From contig NEEC01000004.1 in the NCBI GenBank assembly GCA_002189035.1, positions 1,612,001-1,676,000 of the forward strand: 64,000 nt of DNA, given 5' to 3'. The stretch's first letter is position 1. Every line of letters begins with the position of its first letter. Source of the stretch: Utricularia gibba (lineage: Eukaryota; Plantae; Magnoliophyta). The translations under genes were made by a program, and so were the position numbers. Of this stretch, positions 30,107-43,900 are shown piece after piece. The notes beneath the pieces were generated by a model. That model was not told the origin of the DNA. It saw nothing but the letters and a program-made list of their open reading frames with translations, and searched no databases.

Positions 30107-31696
30107 TCACACGAGGAGGAGGATCTTACCGATGTGTTTGCTGCTTTCCATGAGACGATGAGCTTCTGCAGCTTCTTGTAATGGAAATTGCTCATACACA
30201 ACAGGTTTCACTTTCCCTTCAGCAATTAAAGGCCAGACATTCTTTTCCACCTCGCTCACTATCAATGCCTTGTTTTCCTTGCTCCGTGTCCGCAGGCCGG
30301 CAGCTGTATGCACAAAACATAAAATCTATAGAACCATGCACTTTTGTTTAGAGCTTTTGTAGGGTTTGAGCTATATTACCTTGCAGGGTAAGCCGTTTTG
30401 CAAGCACGGTCGCAAGGTTGATTTCTGCGGTTGCACCACCCATAAAACCGATTATGAACAACCTGCCATCAAGAGCCAAGCTCTCCAAATTCCTCTGAAG
30501 ATATGCACCACCGATGTTATCAAGTATCACATCAACACCTGCATTTCATAAATCAAATGTAGGTGACTTTTGTTTCAAATGTCTAGGGATCACATGAAAT
30601 GAATTGGAACAATTGATGTACCTTTTCCTCCAGTCTCTTGCTTCACTCTAGAAACAAAGTCCTCTGTCTTATAGTTGATGTAAACATCAGCCCCAAGGTC
30701 TCGACAGGCAGCAAGTTTTTCCTCACTTCCTGAAGGACAACAAAAGCAATTAAAATTGGCAAGATAGATAGAAACTTATTTGTTCAAACTCCCCCGTGAA
30801 AAAAAAAAGTTTTCCCTAGCAACAACCTGCAGTAACGAAAACTTTGATTCCATGATATTTAGCCAGCTGAGTAGCAAATGTACCAATTCCACTCGAGCCC
30901 CCATGTATCTGAAAATTAAAGAGATGTTTATATACAACCTACATCGGAGATCGCACAACACCTACAAAAAGGGTATATATACCAGAAGGGTCTCGCCTTT
31001 TGATAAACGGCTCATCATGAACACAGTGGACCAGACTGTGCAGGCCACCTCCGGAAAACATGCAGCATCCTGCAAAGAAACACCAGGTGGAACCGGAAGA
31101 ACTTGCCCCTCTGGAACAACCACTTTCTCAGAATACCCTCCTCCGCCGATCAAAGCACAGACCTATTTCACACAAACTCACTTCACAAATCCTCCAAAAA
31201 TCACATAAACATAGCTCCAGTGAATTGAATGGAATGCAAACGAACATAAACCATACTAATTTCACAAAAGGAAAGCACTTGAAAGTTTACATTCTCAACA
31301 GGTCGTATAAAAACATTTGAACATATCGAAATGAAGTAGCAAGCACGGTAGTCTCCCACACAATAAACATCCAATTCCTCCACGCTCAAAGAGATATCAA
31401 CGAATTAACGGATCAAAAGAGCAAAACACAGACTACAGCACCTCGTCCCCAATTCTCCAACGGCGAACATTTTTCCCCACGGATTCTACAGTACCGGAGC
31501 ATTCAAGGCCAGGATACTGGCTATCGCCTTTCGGAGGAGGATATCGGCCCTGGCGTTGAAGCGTGTCGGCTCTGTTTAGCGCAGTGGCCGCAACACGAAT
31601 CAAAACGTCGTCATCTTCTACGATCTTAGGGCTCTCTACTTCACGCAACTGTAAAACTTCAGGCCCTCCAGGCTCCGATATCACGATCGCCTTCAT
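30107..31696 (-). CDS. PIG3-like NADPH:quinone oxidoreductase (MDR/zeta-crystallin family)
   Basis: Exons 31696-31442, 31162-30983, 30908-30827, 30729-30622, 30538-30380, 30303-30107. Motifs [35 protein letters not shown] and HIGKILL. Confidence 0.93.
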
Positions 31697-31764
31697 TTTG
31701 TCCCCTTAAGATTTCAACTCTACCTGCAGTGTAGTTCAGTTCATCGCTCTCATTCCGTTGTTCC

Positions 31765-31825
31765 GGAGCCAAGGCCCACGGGCCCGGCGCCTGGACGGAG
31801 TCCAGCCCCCGCCAGGCCCAAAATG
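31765..31825. promoter_or_regulatory. Site II (GGCCCA-type) cluster upstream of the oxidoreductase gene
   Basis: aaggcccacgggccc and aggcccaaaa within ~130 bp of the ATG at 31696. These are TCP-type motifs and function is inferred. Confidence 0.35.
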
Positions 31826-32429
31826 AATAAGAATCGTTTAGTTTGCATCAAAATGGGTGCAAGATGCGAGATTCGGAATGCATGGATACGAGATTTATTG
31901 ATTTCAGGAATTCAATTTGTAGCATACATTTAAGTGTGCGTTATTTTAAAATATACACATTATAGAAATTTCAAGAATCAAATTAATGAACGTATTTAAA
32001 TAAAAAGAGTTTTGAAACGAAAATTAATTCAAATCCCAAAAACTTATTTAGAAACGTATTCAAATGAGATGAATATTGCAACAAGAAACCATTCAATCTC
32101 AAAACCCAAGTTGACAAACAGAGAAGAGATAAAAAAGAACATCAATTCTTTTAAATGCATCAGAGTTAGATATATAATTGTATATATATGTACCTCCAAG
32201 AGTGCAACGTAGCTTGAAGATATTCAAGACAGCTTTTTGAAAGCAATGTTACTGAATACGTAATATCAGCAACAGGCGAGAGGGACATGAGGGGATTTTC
32301 ATTAAGTTGGACAGAGCAGAGCCAGCTTGAAGAAATCGACATACTGTACAAGCATTTACATCCCCCTCCCGTGAATATCACAAGGTTCAACCTCTGGTTA
32401 CAAGAATCCATGGAAGGCATTTCTTTACC

Positions 32430-34207
32430 TTATCTTACGTGTATATCGTACGTCTCGAACAGGTTATCGGGAAGAACCAGTGGCAATCTGTCTATGTATG
32501 TGAACAGCCTCTTCAGGTTCTCCCTTGTTATAGTTGTCATGCTTACAACATCTCTGCTGTCCAGGAGAACCCAAAGCTCACCAGAGCTGACCCTCTTTAA
32601 GCTGTCACGACAAAAAGGACAGGATTGGGATCTTGGGTGCCTGTAACAAGATGAACGAACCCCTGTTAATAGAGGCAACCAAACAAACAAAAGAAGAGGA
32701 GAAATTGCTGCGTAATGGAATTTGATAGGAAGAAGAATGAATAAATGAACAGCTACAGAGCAAGTTTCTCTTTCAGACCACGGACAAGCGAGTGCAACAT
32801 ATAATGTTACTTCTTACTACACATAGAAGCAATGGTGTTAAACGCTGCATGCAGAAAAGAGAGGAATAGAATGGTACCATTCTCCATAGCATTTCATGCA
32901 CATGGCGTGGGCGCAGTTTGGCAGAACTATCTTGCTGGCAGTCTCCATGCATATTTCGCATTCTTCTTCTCTTTCACTGTCTAATTCTGAGTAGTACCCA
33001 TGCTCTTCTTCATCCTTTCTTCGAAACCTCTCCAGGCATATCGCTTTCTGCTTTCTGTCTTCCGCGTCTACACCTCTTTGAAGTTGCAGTAAAGAGGGAT
33101 AAATGACAGCTGACAGATTTAAGTAGGTTCAGACACGAAAAAGGATGCGACTGCAGTAAGAATCATTTAATTGGAAACTAGCAGCAAAGTTTACCATAGA
33201 ATTCCCTGATGCTTGCCTTTCTCTCGTAAGTGGACATTGTGGTGGTCCCATCATCATACACCTGTAGAAAAAAAATTGAATTACACGGCTAACACATCTG
33301 AAAAAGGAAAACCAGTGATACAGCAGGGCAATTAGCGTAGTGCAATGTGAGTCTCAGTTAAAAAGATGAAGCATATGAAAAACATGATCAACTAACCTTA
33401 TAAATTAGGATTCTCAACAGTCCAACCGCACCAGCAAGGTGGCAGTCAGTCCATGCCACTAGAAAAAGTAAAAATTGTGCTGCTGGACTGTAAGATAGTC
33501 TCATCTGTAGGGAAGCACCATCATACTCATGCGGGAAATCAGATGCCCTGCAATGAACAGGGAGGTTAAGAATCTCAAGAAACTGGCTCCACACCGCGGA
33601 AAAATCAACTCTGACCACTTGAGCTTCAAATGTACTAGTGAAAATGGAAGCCACAAAAACAGAGATTGTAAGAGGGCGACAACAAGACGCATTTTCAATG
33701 CAGATGATTGTACCCATCTCACGGAAAACGCTTCCAACATGCAACATGTAAACACAATTGCAGACACATATATACCTTCCAAAACCAGCATAACCACTAG
33801 CTTCATTTCTAATTATGATGATATAAAGACAAAAAAAAAAAGAAAAAGAAAAAAGCACCAAACTGCTTAACACGAACATAGAATCAACAAACTCCATAAC
33901 TCACAACTTCTAGAGCTCCTTTCAAATCTATCCAAACCAAACGCATCAATGGGCACATAACATTTCAAAGAACCTCATCAATTCTTTCCCTTTTCCATAA
34001 ACCTCCACAGAACAGAAAAAAAAAATCATCCAAAAAACCAAAACAAAGGCGAGAAAACGAGAAACCAACAAATTAACTGAAAAACCTTGGAATCAAAGCA
34101 AAAAACAGAGTGAGTTACAGAGTATTAGCGTGCTGAATATCCGCCTCGAGAAGCTTAATCGAATTCTTGAAGGACCTTCGCGTCGGACTCCCACCGGCGA
34201 CATACAT
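32430..34207 (-). CDS. RING-HC E3 ubiquitin ligase, AIRP2-like
   Basis: Exons 34207-34119, 33547-33397, 33261-33195, 33109-32878, 32640-32430. Motifs LEADIQHANTLA, YERKASIREFYAVIYPSL, and the RING CEICME...CAHAMCMKCYGEWHPRSQSCPFCR. Confidence 0.92.
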
Positions 34208-35154
34208 CTCTGGATTGATTGGTGAAATTTGCAGCTAGGGAATGAGGGAGGTTGAGGGGATTGACAAGAGCTGTAGATATTTTTGTTGGGCGTGAACAGT
34301 GAACCTTCTAGAAAAGTATCGCCTGTCTCTGCCTTAAATCGTTGTTTACCTTTTTGTGATGCCCGGATGGATAAAGTGGGCCTCGCTGCCCGCCTGCCTG
34401 ACTACGACACACCGCCCTCCCCTTTATCTTTATCCACTCAAATATAAATAAAATTACTAACCTTATCCATCTATTCAACGCCCTCCTAGGGTCCCAAAGT
34501 AGAAATTTCCCGGGGAATCCCGTCCGTACAGAAACCGGCCGACGTCGCATACGCTTCTACGGCGTCCGATTGAAATCGCGAAATCCGCCGTTCAGTTGCA
34601 GAAACGTGATTTAGTTACATTTCCTTTGGCGCCGAATCTGAAGCTAGGTTCTTCAACCTCTCAAGTCGCAGTTTCACCCTCAAACTCGTCTGTGCGAGCG
34701 ATGAAGTTTGGGCTTGGTAAGCCCTACCTTTTTCACATCTACTATTCTGTTTGGGCTTGTCGGGGTTGTGGTGTAGTGCGTTAATGGGGATTGTATAGGG
34801 CTACATGGGGCTTGTTGTGGAGCTGGTTAGACTCAGGTTTGTTGGTTTGGACAGGGCTTCCTTGAATTGCTGGTAACGGCATACCCGGGCCTTGGAAAGA
34901 AATATGGTGCCCAATGCTTTAGGCCTCATATGCTGAATGGTATGATCCCATTTGTCGTTTACTCTGGGGATTGCTCTCTAATGCTTCTGCATCGCAATTC
35001 TCTCGGGTGTTTTTGATTAGCTGAGCGACATTTTGCTTGAGGAATATATGATATAAACAACTTCAGTCAACCAAACACCGGCGAGCTTACAGCTCGCCCC
35101 AAACACTGTCGGTGATCTATGTCGGATCGGGCATTTTCATGGTCGGATTCCGGG

Positions 35155-36868
35155 CTAACCAACAGACCCTTCAAGCTTTATACTCATGAGCTGGTTGACC
35201 TCTGCTCCAAACTCGTCAGGTAGTTCATTGAACACATCTCTGCAAAACCCGGATATCATGGACGCCATTGCCTTCTCATAGTCGATGCCTCTCTGTTGGA
35301 AGTAAAACAGCTGATCTTCACCGATTTTCGAAGTTGTTGCTTCGTGTTCAATACGAGCTGTAGGGTTCTTCGTCTGTAACATACCAAATGTTATTCCAAC
35401 ATGTTGTTGAGATACAGATGTACACAGCAATGAGAGAAAATGTATTACCTGAATGTAAGGATAAGTATTTGCTGCAGCATTGTTGCCGATGAGCATTGAA
35501 TCGCATTGAGATGAGTTTCTGGCATTTTCAGCATTCGACATCACTTGAACAAGGCCTCTGTAACAATTTCGAGAATGCCCAGCAGAAATTCCTTTGGATA
35601 TGATCCTACTGCGAGTATTCTTTCCCTTGTGGATCATCTTCGTCCCAGTGTCTGCCTGCTGGTAGTTGTTGGTGAGTGCCACTGAATAAAACTCTCCAAT
35701 GGATTCATCACCCTCAAGAATCACACTGGGGTACTTCCAAGTGATAGCAGAGCCCGTCTCCACCTGAGTCCACGAGATTTTCGACCCACGGCCGGAGCAA
35801 AGTCCCTCTTTGTCACAAAATTATAAATACCTCCACGCCCCTCCTCATCGCCGGCATACCAATTCTGAACTGTAGAATACTTAATCTCAGCACCAGCATG
35901 GCAAAACAGTTCCACTACTGCGGCATGCAACTGGTTAGTATCATAGGAGGGGCAGTACATCCTTCCAAGTACTCCACAAAACTCCCCTCATCTGCAACTA
36001 TCAGTGTCCTCTCAAATTGCCCTGTTTCCATGGCATTTATCCGAAAGTAGGTTGATATTTGCATTGGGCATCTGGTGTTCTTGGGAACATACACAAACGA
36101 GCCATCGCTGAATGTAGCTGAATTCAAAGCAGCATAAAAGTTATCATCAGCAGGGACAACTCTACCCATGTATTTCTGAACCAGATCAGGGTATTCCCTT
36201 ACGGCCTCCGAAATCGAGCAGAATATAACACCGGACTTCTTCAAAGTCTCTCTGTGAGTAGTAGCTATGGAAGTACTGTCTAAAACAGCATCAACAGCAA
36301 CATTAGCCAATCTATTGCGTTCATTCAAAGGGACACCAAGCTTATCGAAGTACCTAAGTAGCTCAGGATCAGCCTCATCGATACTATTCAAAGTTGGTTT
36401 CTTCTTAGGCTCTGAGTAATAACAAATATTCTGAAAATCGATCTTTGGGTACCGATTATCAGACCATTTCGGCTCTTCCATGTTCATAAACTTCTGGTAA
36501 GACTTTAACCTGAATTCTAGCATCCAATCAGGTTCGTTCTTTCGAGAAGAAATCAACCTAATAGTTTCCTCAGACAACCCTTTAGGAATCGAAAATGAGT
36601 CAATCTCTTCGGAAAAGCCCCATTTATAATCCCTTTTCAAGAATTTCTGAAGTGGGTCATCTTCATCACCTGAAGATGGCTTTTTGCCGGGAGATTCAAG
36701 GGTCGTCTTTGAACCGTAATCAACATCAGCCCTAACTTTCAGCACAGATCTTGAATTGCAGTTTCTGGGAACAGGGCTTTTGACAGGGGAACGAAACCAA
36801 ACCTGCTTAGAAAGCTCCGAAAGGGGTTGCTGCGCTATGGGCGAGATTCCGTTGGAGAGAAGAGCCAT
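35155..36868 (-). CDS. SUFB: Plastid Fe-S assembly scaffold SufB (ABCI8/NAP1); 2 apparent frameshifts
   Basis: Transit peptide, then [65 protein letters not shown] and LEGSVG*. Exons 36868-35449 and 35373-35155. Frame breaks near 35950 (C run) and 35805 (G run). Confidence 0.95.
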
Positions 36869-37209
36869 CGAATTATATTGCAGAAGAGACTCCAGAACCC
36901 AAGAACATGCCCAGAGCGTAGTTACGATTGTTCCCGGCGGTACCGCCTTACTCTCGAGTTGGGTCCGAGGAGAGATTAGAATTCGTTATTTGTGCGGCTG
37001 GAGATTTTTGGGTCGCACGCAGGCCACGAGCCACGGTAACTGGAATCTGAGAAGGAGCCTCTTTTCTTTAAAAAAAATCCTAACAATAAAAAAAATATTA
37101 AAAAGTCTTCATCTTTATCCTAAAATGGCGTAAAGTTTTTACCTTTGGTAATTTGTTCTTTTAATCGCAGTTCATTCTTAGAGAAGTGTTTTTGCTTTCT
37201 CGGACGGAG
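36869..37209. promoter_or_regulatory. Shared bidirectional promoter and UTR region between SufB and MED21
   Basis: Only 341 bp lie between the divergent start codons at 36868 (-) and 37210 (+). Confidence 0.6.
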
Positions 37210-38549
37210 ATGGATATTATTTCTCAATTGCAAGAACAGCTCAATACAATCCCCTGGCTTGCGTTAAATACCTTCGGTACGCTTCAGAGGGACGCGCCGC
37301 CGGTGCAGCTGTCGCCGAATTATCCGGAACCTCCGCCGCCTATTTCTAATGGAGAAGATTCTGCCACTCTTGCCGACCAGCCAAAGCTTCTGAGTGCCGA
37401 ATTGGTCAAGGCAGCAAAACAGGTGCTTTCGTTGTTTTTCAAATACCTTTTTTTATGATTCGATTTTGGGACATAAGCTACAAGAAAGAGGTTTAGAAAT
37501 TGGGCTAAACCCTAATAACCGTTTAGCAGATTGGGAGATAAAATAATGAAGCGTTTCATGAACTTCTCCAATTTCAATATGCAATGGTCTATTTTCCCAT
37601 GGCTTCTCTAGTTCTATTTATGTCATACCAACAGGGATGCTTTTTTTCGGTCATTTCATTGAGGTGTGGATGTAATGCTGCAGCTGCTGCCTTTCATGAT
37701 TCTATGCTCTCATGTGAATCATGACAGTAGTTTTTGCGTAGGATTACTTGTGTTCCATACTTATAGCCTTCAGCGTCCAATGATCTCTTTTTCTTTACCG
37801 TTGCTTTGAGCGATGAACCTATCTCTGTTCTGTTGTGGCTGAGATTTTAGTCTGGGGCCTTTTCTTAATGTCCCCTACCCTATATTTGTCTTTTCTTTCT
37901 GCGGCATGCCCGTCATCTAACATGGTTAAATTCTTCTAGAAGTGGTTTCTTGTCTCTGCATGCTTCTCCCGTCACCATGCATCTTCTGCAAGAGCGCTCT
38001 TGATTTTGTCTAGTGTTTGAGTTGTCTTCTTTCCATAGAACTTGAACAGATAGTTCTTTCGCAGTTCGATTTGTTAGTTGCTGCACTTCCAGTATCCGAG
38101 GGAGATGAGGAAGAACAGTTAAGAAGAATTGGAGAACTCCAGGTAACGACATCATACATGTCTATGGTCTATTTACAGATCACCCTCTCTTTTGTTGCTA
38201 CACATTTTTGTCCCATTTTTCAAACTTCCATTTTTGTAATCGTGTGCATCGTCGATGATTGGCAGGCTGAAAATGATGCCATTGGGCAGGAACTACAAAA
38301 CCAGCTCGAGGCTGCAGGTATGGATTGCACTTGAGAAATCCTCATAGGCTTATAAGATTCTAGTTCGTGTGTGTGGTACTGTAACTCGCCATGCTTCAGA
38401 CAGTAGCAGTTATTTTTTCGACAAAAGGAACAGCATTACAAAATGGTGATCAGAAGCTTTTGTTTCTGGTAGAGAAAGAACTGAAGCAGGTTCAAGAATT
38501 GTTCAAACGAACAACAGACAACTGCTATAATTTGAAGAGGCCTGACTGA
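37210..38549 (+). CDS. MED21: Mediator subunit 21
   Basis: MDIISQLQEQLN...NTFGTLQRDAPPVQLSPNYPEPP...VKAAKQ|FDLLVAALP...ELQ|AENDAIGQEL...|EKELKQVQELF. Exons 37210-37422, 38065-38142, 38266-38317, 38473-38549. Confidence 0.93.
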
Positions 38550-39600
38550 TGATTGGATACTATGCGTGCTAGTTGTATGTTTATTAGGTGTTTGTTACAT
38601 TGTTTTGACAGTTTAAAGACGTGTTAATTGATAACAATATGTATTTAGTAAAATAGTTTAGCATTATTTGAGTAATTTATAAAATAATTACAAAATACTA
38701 TGAGTTGGATATTTTAAAACAATCACTCGGTCGCATACATTTCCATTATTTTTTAAAATTGATATGATTAGTTTTCAATATTTAATGAAAATAGTATGGT
38801 TAGTTTTTATTGGTATATTTAATCTCTAAATTTTGACATATCAAATATATTTAATTCATAAATTTTGATGTGCTGAATATATTTAATTTTTTTTACTTTA
38901 ATCATTTTTTATTTTTATTATTTGAATGCTAGCTATAATTATAGGCCCAATCTTTATATCCATAAGACTTTATGTCTGTTCAAATTCTTACTCTTGAAAA
39001 TTAATAAACTATTGATTTTTAATTTCTCCTCAATTTAGATGAAAAATTTCTAAAAATCAATAAAGTATATTTTTTTATAAAAAAACAAATCGAATCAATG
39101 TATGTTGAGAGATAACGAAAGCCTCTATTCCAGCTACTCAAAAGCTACTTTTTTATAAATATTACAAACAAATCGGCTGTGAAGTAGAAGAATCTCTGTA
39201 GTTCAACATTAAAAAAGTATAGAAGCAACACAAGTGTTCACATTCACAGAAATCACAGTTAAGAAAATGGTGATTGTGATTAGAATGTAGCATTCCTCTA
39301 CTACAGGAACCAGATGATGGTATTGCTCTAGTTGCTATGTCAACCTGGAAAGCATCTCCCAAAACCATAAACTTGGAAACTCACAAGTTGCATGTTTTTG
39401 AATATGGGGCGTGCGTTTTGCTTAATCACTCTATTGAAAAAGCAACTGGAACTCAATTCCTGATTGTATCACTGATGCAATACATGTAAAAGATTCCATG
39501 TTGTGGGAATGCTACTGATGTTTATCAGAGGGGCTGGCTATATATTTGTAGCAACAAGGCTCTCTAAGAAATACATTGCCCCACTCATCCTTTCATTTTT

Positions 39601-39945
39601 CTACAGATTGAGGATCGACAGATTGCATTATTGCTTTCGTGTAATAAGGAAGCACAGTCCAGTATTTGATGATGTGTTGTTAAGCTTGCTACTTCTGAGC
39701 GAGTGAAGCATCGAGAAGGAGTAGTACAGCTTCAAATGCAGCTGGAGGAAAGGGACATTGAAACCAACCTTCTCAAATCCCAAAGATTGAAGAGTAACGG
39801 AGACGCGTTGCAGTTAACCATAACCAAAGAAGCGAGTTCCTCAGAAGCCGATGCCTTGGCTTTGAGGAAGCAATCAGAAGTGTTTCTTGTCGAGTACCAG
39901 ATCCTCCGAAGGAAGCTGTTGTCTGATAACAAGAAAGACATATGA
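39601..39945 (+). pseudogene. BAP31-like (B-cell receptor-associated protein 31) 3' fragment
   Basis: LRIDRLHYCFR resembles the family motif LMIDRLHHYIR, and ALALRKQSEVFLVEY...DNKKDI* resembles ALRKQSEGFLLEYDRL...KKxx. The frame changes near 39703 and no N-terminal TM exon was found. Confidence 0.55.
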
Positions 39946-40170
39946 GGTAACTTTTGTGGATCTTGCCTGGTTTACGATTATCAGTTCACAATGCGTACAC
40001 AGCCATTTGATCAAAAATATCAAATAGATTGTTTCACTCTGTGCAACATATTGAAGTTTGAAGAATAGGATACGAAAAACAGCCACAATCCAGATTCCAC
40101 GCTCTATGCCTTGCAGACTGCAGTATTCTTTTGTTACTTACACCAAATCGGAAAAAACCTGTAGGAACAA

Positions 40171-40913
40171 TCAGCAAACGCTCTTGCTGAATGGATTTCT
40201 AAACCTAAAAGCTTTATTTCCATGCCCGACATTGGTGGCAACATTATCAGGGCTATCATCAAAGCTTCGGCACCGAACATGGCGGCGAGGAGCAACTGAA
40301 CTCGCTGGAAAAGTATCTGGCGCGTGGCTATAGTTACCGCCGCCGCCGATTTTTCGAACTCGCCAAATGGAGCTGATCTTTACTCCTTGTTTCCCGGGAA
40401 AAATCCTCGCCATTGATTCCCCTTTGGAGTTGCTCCTGGAGCACGGCGCGCTGCTGACGTTACGAGTCGCCGTAGCTAGCAGCCGTGTTCCGCCGTTTCC
40501 TGCGGACCGGCCCCGGGAGAAAGGCCATATGTTTATGTTGAGCTGCGCCGCTGTCGCGGCCACATTCTTCTTCTTGGCAGCATTCTGCTTCTTCACGGAG
40601 GAAGTTTCAGGGGAATAAAGGTGTTTACAGATATTACTCGTCCAACGCTTTGTTGGAGTTGCCGGTGAAGGGAACGCCGTAGTAGCTGAGTCCAAAACTT
40701 GCGGTGGAGGCGCGGGCGGGAATGGTTGTCGGTGAGGCAGAGATGGCGGAGAGGGAGGAGGACGCCGTCGCAGAAAAGCTCGTCGGCAGAGGATAGAATG
40801 GGCTGAGGAAAAGAAGGGTTTCTGAAGATCCAGAACTCGAACTCCGGCGAGTTTGAGTCGCCGTAGCTGGCGTAACACGAATTCCGTCGAGGGAGTGCCG
40901 CTGGAGACTCCAT
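40171..40913 (-). CDS. BKI1/MAKR-like plant protein (At1g67050-like); 1 apparent frameshift
   Basis: SPEFEFWIFRNPSFPQPILSSADELFCDGVLLPL, then after +1 C near 40720: LNINIWPFSRGRSAGN and VSSAPCSRSNSKGES. Single exon. Confidence 0.75.
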
Positions 40914-43900
40914 GTTCCGTTTCCAAGTGGCAACTGATGAGTAATTTCTTATTTATATTGAAATTTGTGCTTTCTTTAATAAAATAAACATTTGTTTGGA
41001 TCTTGAGAGTGGAACTATTTTTGCATTGAAACCATTGCGAAAATCGCTGCTATGAGTTGGAATATGAATGAAATTATAATATTATAATTAACTAAACAAT
41101 TATAGTATTTCTATTAATATTTATAAAGTTTAATTTTACCAAGCTTTCATTCTTATCCCATATTAAAATTTTAAAATAAAATTGAATGATTATATTTAAT
41201 TATGTTTTTAATCCACGAGTATTATAGATTTACATAATAAAGAATCTAAACATTCTATTATATAACTTGATACCAAACATATTCTTGTAGCACCTCACCC
41301 AACCAATTTAGATATATCTAAATAACTCTAAACTAGGCTACAACCAAACTTGTGTACCAAATGACCCTTTAAATGTTAGACTCTTATTGGTTTCATACAA
41401 TATTATCCATTTTAAACATCTAATCCTTATTGTTATGTTCTCATGGAAAATGTATCGTACAAAATTAAAATAATTTCTTTATTTAAACATGTTCACTTCC
41501 TCATCTATAATCAATATAGTATATTATTATTTTGGCTTTACATTAGAGTTATTTTTCTTCATCTTTCATTGTTGTTCATTTTATCATCTTTTATATTTAA
41601 TCTTATTTATCTTATGAAATTCAATAGTTATTTCACTATTGTTTTGTTCATCTTTTTTGAGATTTTTTTATGACCACTATAAAATTAAATAAATATAACT
41701 AATTTATGTTTCACCATGAATGTAGGTTTAAATAAATAAATTGAATGAATATTTAATTCTTATCAATTATCATTATTTATCAAAAATTTGATTCATAAAT
41801 ATTATTTAATATAAGGTAATCTTTCAATTCATATCAAACTAGTTCAAAGGAAACTAAGCATTTCATCAATTCCAAGTAACATCAAATGAAACCAAGTGTG
41901 GGAAGTTGAAAGAGTGCAAAAGTTTGATTGTGAGTGACAAGTGGAATATTCATGAAAATTACATCTACCTATTTATCAAAATGCCCTTATTGCTCAATTT
42001 TTATTTTATTGAAATTAAAAATTAGATAGATCAGACGAGTACACATGAAGTACAAATATATAAGAAATAAAGATCATATTATAAAAGATTAGGTGTAATC
42101 AATTATTAATGATTTATAATTTTTTTATATATTTAACTATTTTAATTTCAAATACTGATATGGTATTATTTGTTCTCATATATTTTTTACTCTCATTTTA
42201 CCTGCTTTCACTCATCTATCATTCCTTGCCTTATTCTTCTTCGAAAATCCAAGACCCCTTCACCAAGACTGCTTTTGAGCTCTGATGAAGTTGGTATGGT
42301 TCCAACTCAGATTCGGACAACGATGAATGCATAGGGGTCCACCTCCGCTATGTGGCGCTCACTGGTTTTCATTTCAAAAAATGACTTACAATTTCTTGTG
42401 GTTATGCCACTGTCTTATAGAATATAAGTATCATTACAATGATAGAAGAACTTCAGTAGCGTATGTCGCTTCCATTCAATAATGAATCCTTGCGTCACTA
42501 CTACACTTTAGGGTGCGTTTGTCTGTGGAACGTGTTCCATGATTTGAAGCTATTTGGCCATTTTTCTCGATCCATAGGCTGAGAAAAAATGTACAAGTAA
42601 GAGGGTTTATCTGAGTTTGATTTTTTACATTATCATAAGAAAGATGGGTGTTGATTCTTGAGCACATAGATTTGTTGAAATTAAAAATATTATGAGTCGG
42701 ACAAGCATATGATTCAAGTATAAAAGAATCATAAACTATGTTAAAAAAGATTAGATCAAATTAATTATTAATGATTTGTAATTTCTTATATATTTGAGTA
42801 TTTCAACTTTATTTTTTGATATGAGATTATTGATTCTAATATCCAATCTTAAGTCGAACTAGTTTTCGATCCAATTAAAATTTGTTACTTTTTTATGATT
42901 GTAAATAGTGTTTAGGTTATATTAAATCTAATTTCATAAGCTAAATCCAATGTATTTTTTTTAACTAGAATTGAGATCAATACAAAATTTATCTTGATCA
43001 TCCAAACCATGAAATTATTTGTTCTAATAGGATTCAGAATTTTGAGGGTAGCAAGCAACTCAACTCACATCAGCCTCAGCGAGTTCAATAATCTGCATGA
43101 TCTCAAAAGATGCTGTTAGAATGAAACGTCCATGTCATGGCAAGGGAGCAAGCTCGGAGGGATCCAGAGAAAGCAGGGCCAAGATGTCCGAGACGAGGAC
43201 AGGTGGATAGAATCAAGAGGGCTCACTCAACTCCAGGAAGCTTACAAAATTTGTCATGTGGGTGACAATCCACAGACACCTCCTTTAAACAAATTCGTCC
43301 ATCTTCATCACCCCACTCCCTGCTTTCGTGTTTTTAAAATGAGTAACATGTTCTAAAGCCTGAATTCAGATTCCTTGGCTGATACGGTCGCCGGAGATAC
43401 GCCAAACGGCACCGGAAAGAACACAAGGCCAAAGTCTTTGGCCCAATCTGTGGAAGACATCAACCACCTACAACACTGCATTAATATTAATGTTTCTCAA
43501 ACAACCTCTAGAACATAAAAATTATTTTATAATAAGTAATATATATTAAAATTATTTTATAATAGAAACATTATATTTAATAAGTGGGTTTTATTTATTG
43601 GAGTAGTATATTTGATGGATAGGTATTAAAAATTAATTAAATTTTTTTTTATTTCCTCATTAATTATATGAAAGAATTGAATTGGCAATAATAATGTCTT
43701 GATATGCTAAACCCATATAGGGGGTGAGTTTTATAAATTCATATACATGTGTTTTAAGAAATCACATGTATTCAAACACACATTTTTTTTACTAAACCTA
43801 AGATAATCAAGGACTCTATATGCATACCAAATGAGGCCTAAATTGAGGAAGGGGAGAGGGGATATGTGATTTAAAAATGGTCATTTTGTGTCTATTTTTG

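Noticed and set aside
41443-41673. Hydrophobic ORFs in AT-rich spacers (also 50984-51169 and 58769-58978)
   Set aside because: Low-complexity F/I/L/Y composition typical of random AT-rich DNA.
42230-42330. Minus-strand KAVLVKGSWIFEEE resembling the start of an R2R3-MYB repeat
   Set aside because: Only a few identities, an immediate stop, and no further MYB exons found.
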